27,346 nucleotides of DNA from the IMG/VR virus record IMGVR_UViG_3300030095_006528, positions 1 to 27,346 of that record. One strand, written 5' to 3'. Made by a program: the position numbers and the translations under genes. Source of the DNA: a virus (taxonomy: Duplodnaviria > Caudoviricetes). The notes under the pieces are model-generated. The model was not told where the DNA came from. It was given only the letters and a program-made list of their open reading frames with translations, and made no database searches. This document shows positions 7,051-14,192 of the stretch, piece by piece. The first letter of the stretch is position 1; the number at the start of each line of letters is the position of its first letter.

Positions 7051-7348
7051 TGAAGAAAACTGGCGTAAGCTAGATAATCTTCAGAAACGGTATACAGGAG
7101 CAGCTCTTCGACATTTGTTTGCACACATGGACGGAGAGAGGCTAGACCCTGAAACAAATTTATCACACATAGCACACGCTTTGTGTTGCTTATTATTTAA
7201 ACTGGAGATTGAGATTGAAGAGACTGAGAAAAAAGGATTACGAGGATTTGACGGATGCGAATATAGCACGAGTACTAAAAGGGATGCATACGCAGGACTC
7301 ACCGATTACGAAGAAGGAAGCATGCTCGATTTTGAAAATATCATATAA
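6941..7348 (+). CDS. dATP/dGTP diphosphohydrolase-domain protein (DUF5664-like)
   Basis: GKKFD..KP...LLP..AL.EV..VLTIGAEKY...NWRK...RY..AALRHL....GE.LDPET.LSHIAHALCCLLF; GTG start. Confidence 0.82.
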   Translation: MAEGKKFDTKKPKAYLLPPKALMEVSRVLTIGAEKYDEENWRKLDNLQKRYTGAALRHLFAHMDGERLDPETNLSHIAHALCCLLFKLEIEIEETEKKGLRGFDGCEYSTSTKRDAYAGLTDYEEGSMLDFENII

Positions 7349-7877
7349 TCCAGCAAGACTGGACAAGATAATTGAGGAATATAATGAGAAAATTGAATAT
7401 AGAAAGAGACGAAGAGCACAAAAACGTGGACGGCCTGCAACTAACGATGAAATATCCGATGCAGTACGAGCTTACCTTCGCGGAGAACCAATTACAGATG
7501 TTGCAGCATCCCTATATCGAAGTGTGCCCTTCGTGCGGAGCCTTATCGATGGAGTCGGAGTCCCGCAGAAGGGAAAAAATGAAGATGAACGAGCTTCCGT
7601 TTATTTTCTTCCAGAGCAATCCGTCTCAACTGAGTTTGAATCTGGCGATTTAGTTTGGTCAGCAACAAAACACTCGCCTGCAACTATTCTTAACGAAGAT
7701 ACAAAAATGGATTATGAGAAAAAATATAGTAGTAAATGTTATACTATATTTGTACATGAAACAAGTGAAGACTATGAACATCTTGGAGCTGGATACTATG
7801 CGTCTGAACTTGCATACGACCTCGGAAGTTTAAAACATTTGCAACAATATAATATAGATTTGAAAAATATTTCTTGA
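7215..7877 (+). CDS. D2: T5 D2-like DNA-binding protein
   Basis: PITKKEACSILKISYN and a second HTH (ITDVAASLYRSVPFVR); position before D3 as in T5; TTG 7215 is well spaced from GGAG. Confidence 0.7.
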   Translation: MKRLRKKDYEDLTDANIARVLKGMHTQDSPITKKEACSILKISYNPARLDKIIEEYNEKIEYRKRRRAQKRGRPATNDEISDAVRAYLRGEPITDVAASLYRSVPFVRSLIDGVGVPQKGKNEDERASVYFLPEQSVSTEFESGDLVWSATKHSPATILNEDTKMDYEKKYSSKCYTIFVHETSEDYEHLGAGYYASELAYDLGSLKHLQQYNIDLKNIS

Positions 7878-7903
7878 CAAATTTGTTAAAAATTCGCTAT
7901 AAT
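7874..7903 (+). promoter_or_regulatory. Sigma70-type promoter P2
   Basis: TTGACA (7874-7879), 18-nt spacer, TATAAT (7898-7903). Confidence 0.85.
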
Positions 7904-7929
7904 ATACATTCAGAAATCGGAGAAATCAA

Positions 7930-8010
7930 ATGAAAAAAACTATTTTTTTCTTCCTCACACTCCTCGTTGAGTGTTCCCCCGCACCTGCTACTCTAATACT
8001 TGTGCTGTAG
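7930..8010 (+). CDS. Short hydrophobic peptide (26 aa)
   Basis: SD GGAGA; MKKTIFFFLTLLVECSPAPATLILVL; first ORF after P2. Confidence 0.4.
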   Translation: MKKTIFFFLTLLVECSPAPATLILVL

Positions 8011-8097
8011 ATGGGAGACCGATTTTACCAACAGCAACTAGATTATCTGGGCGACTGTCCAGGAAATCCTAACCCAATAAAAAGGAGGACACGAAAA

Positions 8098-8445
8098 GTG
8101 CCTTGGACAGACGAAAGTAAAGCAGAAGCCGTTGAAAGTTATGAAATGGCAAATCCTACTCCAGAAACTTCTATGGAGATTGTAAAACAAATCGCGGACG
8201 ATATGGGTGAATCTCCCAACGGGGTTCGTATGATTCTAACAAAAGCAGGAGTTTATGTGAAAAAGACTCCTGCAAAGAGCAATGGTGGCGGTGGAAGTAC
8301 TTCTACACGCGTATCCAAAGCTGCTGCAGTTGAAGACCTTACTGCTGCAATCACCGACATGGGTGGCGCAGTCGACGAAGATATTGTCGGAAAACTTACT
8401 GGGAAAGCTGCAATGTATTTTGCAGGACTACTTAGAAGTAACTAA
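8098..8445 (+). CDS. D3: T5 D3-like protein
   Basis: WTDE.KA.A...YE...PTPETSMEIVKQIA..MGESPNGVRMILTKAGVYVKK; strong SD AGGAGG before GTG 8098; frame also open from ATG 8011. Confidence 0.8.
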   Translation: MPWTDESKAEAVESYEMANPTPETSMEIVKQIADDMGESPNGVRMILTKAGVYVKKTPAKSNGGGGSTSTRVSKAAAVEDLTAAITDMGGAVDEDIVGKLTGKAAMYFAGLLRSN

Positions 8446-8460
8446 ATAATAGGTGAAAGT

Positions 8461-8484
8461 CCTCGGCAAAAGTTCCTGCCGAGG
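8461..8484 (+). terminator. GC-rich hairpin after D3 (weak terminator or processing site)
   Basis: CCTCGGCA-N8-TGCCGAGG perfect 8-bp stem; poor U-tract. Confidence 0.5.
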
Positions 8485-8539
8485 CAATTTAGTCTCTTAG
8501 AGAACGTAATGATTATTACACAACTACTAAGGACTAATC

Positions 8540-8812
8540 GTGACAAAAGAAGAATTAGCCAAACTTGTAAATGAGTATGGTGATGCGATCATAACATATC
8601 GCAGTGAAAAAAGTAAGAAATTAAAATATAATGTTTGTACATTAGATTTTTCTACTCCGTATATTCAGCAAAAGAAAACCAGAACAAAGGAAAATAGTGA
8701 TACTTTGTTACTGTTTTGCTGGGATACGGATTCTTATCGTCTACTCAAACCTAAGAACATTACAACAGTTGTACCTCTTTCTTCTGTGCTTAAAAATGAT
8801 AGAGGTGTGTAA
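8540..8812 (+). CDS. Conserved hypothetical protein of the T5-like replication module
   Basis: GTG start with AAGGA SD; 90 aa; lies between D3 and the PC4-like gene. Confidence 0.8.
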   Translation: MTKEELAKLVNEYGDAIITYRSEKSKKLKYNVCTLDFSTPYIQQKKTRTKENSDTLLLFCWDTDSYRLLKPKNITTVVPLSSVLKNDRGV

Positions 8813-9111
8813 TGGAACTTCACACCGCACCAGAGGTATACTCTAGAGTTATTCACTATGATTCTATTAAAGAAAAACAAATACGACTTACAGTTAGTAC
8901 GTTTCGAGAAGTAGAATACATATCACTTCGAGAGTACTATCTTGACTTTGATGAAGAGTGGAAGCCTACACCAAAAGGAGTATCTATGCCAATAGACTTT
9001 GAAAATTCAAGAGAAATGTTTTCAGGTCTAATAGAAATACTATCTTTAGCAGAAAGCAAAGCTGTAATCGAAGAGCACTTCTCTGATCTTATTCAGGATC
9101 TCTATAAATAG
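8812..9111 (+). CDS. PC4/p15 (YdbC-like) ssDNA-binding protein
   Basis: IRLTVSTFREVEYISLREYY...EWKPTPKGVSM PC4 motif. Confidence 0.85.
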   Translation: MELHTAPEVYSRVIHYDSIKEKQIRLTVSTFREVEYISLREYYLDFDEEWKPTPKGVSMPIDFENSREMFSGLIEILSLAESKAVIEEHFSDLIQDLYK

Positions 9112-9114
9112 TTC

Positions 9115-9143
9115 TTGACAAACAAGTTAAAATTTCGTATAAT
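9115..9143 (+). promoter_or_regulatory. Sigma70-type promoter P3
   Basis: TTGACA (9115-9120), 17-nt spacer, TATAAT (9138-9143). Confidence 0.88.
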
Positions 9144-9170
9144 ACTCTTATAAAATTAAAAAAGGTAGAT

Positions 9171-10106
9171 ATGAAAAATTTTCTTGAACACGCATCTCGT
9201 AAATATTATGAAGGCAATCCTATTATCTCAGACGAAGAGTTTGATTTCTTGGCAAAAGAACATAACTTTACCTCTGTTGGTTATAGTGTAACTGATGCGT
9301 ATCCTCATGCATATCGTATGTATTCTCTACAAAAATATAGTCCCACAGACGCACCCTCTAATAAAACAGGTTGGATAAAAACTGTAAAGCTAGATGGTGC
9401 GGCTATTTCAATGACCTTTCGAAATGAAAAGTTACTGTCTGTATTGACTCGTGGAGATGGAATTGAAGGTAGAGATGTTACACATCTTTTTCTTGGAGGT
9501 AGCAATGAATACAATATGTTTTCTGATGGTTTCTATCAGATTACGGGTGAACTCGTTGCTCCCAAAACAATAAAGAATGCAAGAAACTACGCTGCGGGTG
9601 CGCTTGGTCTCAAAGACCAACATGAATATTGGAATAGAAAACTAACATTTTTTCCATATGATGTACAAAGTCCAGATCTAAAACATTGTAAGTTCTGGAC
9701 TGATCGCCTCGATTGGTTAGTACGTCTTGGATTTAATGATATACGAGAAGAAGGTCTTGAAGATACTTACCCAACTGATGGCGAAGTATGGAGAATCAAC
9801 AGTCTTCGAGACTATGATAAGCTCGGACATACTTCTCACCATCCACGGGGTTCTTTTGCAGTCAAAGAAGCACAAAAGCCTGTAGTTACAACTCTACGAA
9901 AAGTAGAGTGGCAACTTGGTAAATCAGGAGTTGTGAGTCCTGTCGGTCACTTCGATCCAATACAAATTGGTCACGCAATCATCAGTAAAGCAACTCTGCA
10001 CAATATGGAGTACATTCGAAATTTAGGACTTGAACTTGAGTGTAAAATTGGAGTGATACGTAGTGGAGAAATTATACCTAGAATTGTTGGTAGGTATGAC
10101 GGGTGA
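9171..10106 (+). CDS. ligA: NAD+-dependent DNA ligase subunit A (adenylation and OB domains)
   Basis: YYEGNPIISDEEFD, MYSLQK, KLDG, TRGDG, NARNYAAG, TDG, ATLHN, RSGEIIPRI. Confidence 0.93.
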   Translation: MKNFLEHASRKYYEGNPIISDEEFDFLAKEHNFTSVGYSVTDAYPHAYRMYSLQKYSPTDAPSNKTGWIKTVKLDGAAISMTFRNEKLLSVLTRGDGIEGRDVTHLFLGGSNEYNMFSDGFYQITGELVAPKTIKNARNYAAGALGLKDQHEYWNRKLTFFPYDVQSPDLKHCKFWTDRLDWLVRLGFNDIREEGLEDTYPTDGEVWRINSLRDYDKLGHTSHHPRGSFAVKEAQKPVVTTLRKVEWQLGKSGVVSPVGHFDPIQIGHAIISKATLHNMEYIRNLGLELECKIGVIRSGEIIPRIVGRYDG

Positions 10107-10117
10107 AAAAATAATTC

Positions 10118-10146
10118 TTGACACAGAAGGTGAAAGTCTGTATAAT
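10118..10146 (+). promoter_or_regulatory. Sigma70-type promoter P4 between the ligase halves
   Basis: TTGACA (10118-10123), 17-nt spacer, TATAAT (10141-10146). Confidence 0.87.
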
Positions 10147-10173
10147 ATGGTATACACAATCGGAGAAAGAAGA

Positions 10174-10917
10174 ATGGAATACGTAATCTATCCACCAAAT
10201 GAGTGTCCTTGTTGTGACAGTATTTTGGAGGACAGAAACGGCATACTCTATTGTGTAAACAACAACTGTGTGGAACAACAACTAAAATTAATTGAAAACT
10301 TCGGTTCTAAAATGAAGATAAAAGGACTTGGTCCTTCCACAATACGTAAACTAGGTATCACTCAAATACATGAATTGTACGAGTTGACATTAGAAGAAAT
10401 CATAGAACTATTAGAATCAGAAAAACTTGCAACTAAACTATTCGAGGAGATAACTAAATCCCATGACGCACCTTTTAACCTCTTACTCCCAGCATTGGGC
10501 ATCCCCCTTATTGGCAATTCCGTCACCAACAAGCTTGCTTGTGTGTGCGATACTCTTGCTGATATTAGCGTGGAGCGATGTAATCTAGCAGAGATTGGGC
10601 CAAAGACAAGAGAGTCATTACTTACTTGGAAGAATAGTTTTGATTCTAGTTTATTTCCACAAAGTATGAAATTTACAAAACCACAACAAACTTCAGCCAA
10701 AGGTATCGTTTGTATCACTGGAAAGTTGAGCAGCTATAAATCAAAAGCCGAGGCAACTAAGGTGCTAAACGATAGTGGTTACGAAGTAAAAACCACTGTA
10801 ACAAAAGATGTAACGATTCTAGTTAATGAGAGTGGCATAGAATCTGCGAAAGTTAAAAAAGCTCGCACATCAGGAGTTACAATTATAACTAACCTCTCAG
10901 AAATCATTGGAGATTAA
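10174..10917 (+). CDS. ligB: NAD+-dependent DNA ligase subunit B (Zn finger, HhH, BRCT)
   Basis: PNECPCC..LYCVNNNC, IKGLGP, ALGIPLIG, VCITGKL BRCT; SD GGAGA before ATG 10174. Confidence 0.9.
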   Translation: MEYVIYPPNECPCCDSILEDRNGILYCVNNNCVEQQLKLIENFGSKMKIKGLGPSTIRKLGITQIHELYELTLEEIIELLESEKLATKLFEEITKSHDAPFNLLLPALGIPLIGNSVTNKLACVCDTLADISVERCNLAEIGPKTRESLLTWKNSFDSSLFPQSMKFTKPQQTSAKGIVCITGKLSSYKSKAEATKVLNDSGYEVKTTVTKDVTILVNESGIESAKVKKARTSGVTIITNLSEIIGD

Positions 10918-10919
10918 AT

Positions 10920-11642
10920 ATGGCTACTTTACCTAAGTGGACCGATGAGCGAACCGACTCGCTGACTAACTTTGTCGGAGATGAGACTCCTGTCTCACAA
11001 GGAACTGTAGCAGAAGCAGCTACAGAGTTAGAAACAACTACTCGTTCTATTTCGAGCAAGTTGAGAAAAATGGGATACGATGTTGAGCTTGCGTCTGCAA
11101 CTTCTACTCGATCTTTCACACCTGAGCAAGAAGCAATTCTTGAAGCTTTCGTAACAGAAAACTCAGGCACTTACACTTATGCAGAAATTTCTGAGCATTA
11201 TCAAGATGGTGCTTTCTCTGCAAAGTCAATACAAGGTAAAATCCTTTCTATGGAGTTAACTGACCATGTCAAGCCAGCTCCAGTAAAAGAGTCAGTAAAA
11301 ACTTACTCTGCTGAAGAAGAATCAACCTTCGTTTCAATGGTAAATGATGGAGCATTTGTAGAAGCTATTGCTGATGCAATGGGACGTTCTGTAAATTCAG
11401 TACGTGGAAAAGCTCTTAGCCTTCTTCGTTCTGGCGACATTGACGCCATTCCAAGACAAGAGCACACCAAGACTAATGGTTCAGCAGATCCATTCGCAGG
11501 TCTTGAGGTTGCTGGCATGACTGTAGAAGCTATCGCTGAAGAGATTGGCAAGACTCCAAGAGGTGTCAAGACAATGTTAACTCGACGTGGAATCTCTGCT
11601 GTTGACTATGATGGAGCTTCTAAAGCTGCAAAAGCGGGATAA
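10920..11642 (+). CDS. D5: T5 D5-like DNA-binding protein / regulator
   Basis: Repeated HTH-like units (RSISSKLRKMG, KSIQGKILSM, NSVRGKALSL, RGVKTMLTRRG); follows ligB as in T5. Confidence 0.85.
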   Translation: MATLPKWTDERTDSLTNFVGDETPVSQGTVAEAATELETTTRSISSKLRKMGYDVELASATSTRSFTPEQEAILEAFVTENSGTYTYAEISEHYQDGAFSAKSIQGKILSMELTDHVKPAPVKESVKTYSAEEESTFVSMVNDGAFVEAIADAMGRSVNSVRGKALSLLRSGDIDAIPRQEHTKTNGSADPFAGLEVAGMTVEAIAEEIGKTPRGVKTMLTRRGISAVDYDGASKAAKAG

Positions 11643-11648
11643 TGACCG

Positions 11649-12998
11649 TTGTCCATCAATCATGAAAGTGCTCTAATAAAACAAGTCCTCATGCACCAAG
11701 ATTTTCAAACTTGGAGCATGACGGACAAGTTTTTATTAGGTTCAGAGTACCATAGCCTTTATGATGCGATTGACAAACATTGTGTAAAATACCACAAACT
11801 TCCTACTATAGAAGAACTGAAGTATGAAATTCAGGACGGCAAGACTCTTGAACGTCTATTTTTTATAGATACAGTCGATACTGACGTAGAAGCACCTCTA
11901 ATACTTGATTATGTAAAGACTCGATACGTGCATGACCAGTTGTTAGGTAATATGTATAACTATGCTGATACATCAATGTTGCATGAAGATGCAAAGGAAG
12001 CGATTGAGAAGTTCTATGAGATTGGTAGAGAAGTAGAAACTAAAATTGATTTACAAGACCCTACTGAGAGTATGCAAAAGATTACTCTACACGAGACAGA
12101 TGATGACATCAGTAAGTATGTTCCTCTCGGTCTCAATGCAGAGTACGACAGACATATTCAATTCTCTCCTCTTGATCTAATAATGGTCGGAGGAAAGAGA
12201 GGTGCTGGTAAGTCAATTGTTTCATGTAATATTGCAACTACTGTATACGAGTCAGGTAAGTCTGCAATCTATTTTACAATTGAGATGGATAGTCGATCTA
12301 TCATACAACGGTGCTGTTCTATAGCAACAGGAGTACCGTACTCACGCCTGCGCACTAAAAATATTGATAATCTTGAGTGGGAAAGAGTTGCAACGTGGTG
12401 GGCGAATAGATTCTTAGATTCGCAAGACGCTTTGCAACGCTACAAGAAAGAGCGAAGTTTTGATAAGTTTCACGATGAAGTATCAAAGCTAGACTTGAAA
12501 GTAGGTAATCAACTTGATGTTGTTTATGACCCAGTTCTTACAATACCAAAAATTCAAGCAGAGCTTGATAAAAAGATAAAGGAAGATGGCAACGTAGGCA
12601 TAGTTGTTGTTGACTATATCAATCAGGTACGAAGAGGAACTGGGCCTTCTCGCGCGGGTCAATATGATTGGACAGAACAAATAGAAGTAAGTAAAGCATT
12701 AAAATCTATGGCACAAGAATATAAAACTACTGTATTCTCTCCGTATCAAACAGATGCAACAGGAGAAGCTAGATTTGCAAAAGGAATACTCGATGCCGCA
12801 GATGCCGCTTACACAATCAATGCATGGACACAGGAAGATGCATGCTTTACTTTAGATTGTGTCAAGATGAGGTCTGCTGCTGAGCGTTCCTTTACCTCTA
12901 GCATGGACTGGGAAACTCTAAAGATTGGACCAGCAACTGTGTTGAATCCCAAAGAGGTAGAAGCAGGGCAGAGCGATGAAAGTATCTATGATGTCTAA
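11649..12998 (+). CDS. D6: Replicative DnaB-like helicase (T5 D6-like)
   Basis: Walker A GKRGAGKS, FTIEM, Walker B VVVDYIN, SKALKSMA, KMR. Confidence 0.9.
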   Translation: MSINHESALIKQVLMHQDFQTWSMTDKFLLGSEYHSLYDAIDKHCVKYHKLPTIEELKYEIQDGKTLERLFFIDTVDTDVEAPLILDYVKTRYVHDQLLGNMYNYADTSMLHEDAKEAIEKFYEIGREVETKIDLQDPTESMQKITLHETDDDISKYVPLGLNAEYDRHIQFSPLDLIMVGGKRGAGKSIVSCNIATTVYESGKSAIYFTIEMDSRSIIQRCCSIATGVPYSRLRTKNIDNLEWERVATWWANRFLDSQDALQRYKKERSFDKFHDEVSKLDLKVGNQLDVVYDPVLTIPKIQAELDKKIKEDGNVGIVVVDYINQVRRGTGPSRAGQYDWTEQIEVSKALKSMAQEYKTTVFSPYQTDATGEARFAKGILDAADAAYTINAWTQEDACFTLDCVKMRSAAERSFTSSMDWETLKIGPATVLNPKEVEAGQSDESIYDV

Positions 12999-13007
12999 AA
13001 ATAGTTC

Positions 13008-13036
13008 TTGACATCTTCATAATAATTTAGTATAAT
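13008..13036 (+). promoter_or_regulatory. Sigma70-type promoter P5
   Basis: TTGACA (13008-13013), 17-nt spacer, TATAAT (13031-13036). Confidence 0.88.
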
Positions 13037-13071
13037 ACTCTATGAAAACTTGAAAAGTAAGGATAGTTTAA

Positions 13072-13359
13072 ATGATTATACAAGGTAGTATGAACTACAC
13101 AACGAGTGGAAGAAAAGTGAAAAGAGCATGGCAAACAAGACGAAGACAAATATGGAATTGGCAGACAACAATGAAGCCTGCCTACAGAGAAACAGAGGAC
13201 AAGTACCCGTCAGCTCCTCTTGGGGAGCCAAGAGAAGATGAGACCGCTAAAAAAGATACGACATATGCTTCATCGAGTATATATACAGTGGCTCCTGCTT
13301 ACAACAAGGGTGCATATCAAGTTATTGGAAAAGAAAATATTAAAGACATTGGCAGATGA
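13072..13359 (+). CDS. Small hypothetical phage protein
   Basis: SD AAGGA; C-terminal VAPAYNKGAYQVI...KDIGR motif; ATGA-coupled to the primase. Confidence 0.78.
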   Translation: MIIQGSMNYTTSGRKVKRAWQTRRRQIWNWQTTMKPAYRETEDKYPSAPLGEPREDETAKKDTTYASSSIYTVAPAYNKGAYQVIGKENIKDIGR

Positions 13360-14192
13360 ACGTAGAAGATTTATTGACAGAGAAGAACATATATTTTCTC
13401 GCGAAAGGTAAAGACTATGTTATACAATGTCTGAATCCAGAGCATGATGATAGCAATCCATCAATGAGAGTACATCGAATTGATGGTCGCTTTCATTGTT
13501 TTTCTTGTGGACACAGAGGTAATATATTTACACATTTTGGAGAAAAACCAGACCAGCTACAACTACGCAGAGAGAAACTTAAGACGTTACTTAAACAGAA
13601 GATGGCGGAACGTATGGGTCTGGTTTTACCAAAAAATATTGAGCCGTATGAAGGTGAATGGCGAAATATCAAAAGTTCAACCTATAAAAAGTTTGAAGCA
13701 TTTTTACATGCCGATAAAGATTTTATATCACGAATTAACTTTCCTATTCGAGACATAACAGGAAAGATTGTTGCATTTAATGGAAGGCATACCAGTACTG
13801 GAATACCTAAATATTTAATCTCACCTCCAGGAGCAAAGATGCCCCTGTTTCCGATGAATGCAAAACCGATTAATAGCTCATTAGTATTAGTAGAAGGCAT
13901 CTTTGATATGCTAAATCTATACGATAAGAATATCACAAATGCCGTTTGCTGTTTTGGAGTATCAAACGTAACGGTAGAAAAGTTAGCTTTGTTTAAGATA
14001 TCGGGAGTAAATCATATTGATATATTCTTTGATAGTGATGCCGCTGGACAGAATGGAGCTAAAAAAGTACAAGAACTGTGTGAAAGTACTGGACTTTCAG
14101 CTAGGATACTAACTCTAAAGAATACAGATAAGGATCCTGGAGCACTTACCGAAACTCAAGTTCATAAACTGAGGAGACAACTATATGCCTAA
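13356..14192 (+). CDS. pri: DNA primase (CHC2 Zn finger and TOPRIM)
   Basis: CLNPEHDDSNPSM...FHCFSCG; LVEGIFDM; FFDSDAAG; KDPG. Confidence 0.93.
   Translation: MNVEDLLTEKNIYFLAKGKDYVIQCLNPEHDDSNPSMRVHRIDGRFHCFSCGHRGNIFTHFGEKPDQLQLRREKLKTLLKQKMAERMGLVLPKNIEPYEGEWRNIKSSTYKKFEAFLHADKDFISRINFPIRDITGKIVAFNGRHTSTGIPKYLISPPGAKMPLFPMNAKPINSSLVLVEGIFDMLNLYDKNITNAVCCFGVSNVTVEKLALFKISGVNHIDIFFDSDAAGQNGAKKVQELCESTGLSARILTLKNTDKDPGALTETQVHKLRRQLYA

Noticed and set aside
6941-7348. Z-genome or other modified-base system
   Set aside because: No purZ, DatZ or deazaguanine genes in the window; the domain alone is not enough
9103-9110. TATAAATA T4-type late promoter
   Set aside because: Single instance noticed, overlapping the AT-rich upstream part of P3; the genome is T5-like
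10063-10173. Longer ligB start, or frameshift fusion of ligA and ligB
   Set aside because: The region holds a full promoter and an SD for ATG 10174; a split ligase is normal for T5-like phages
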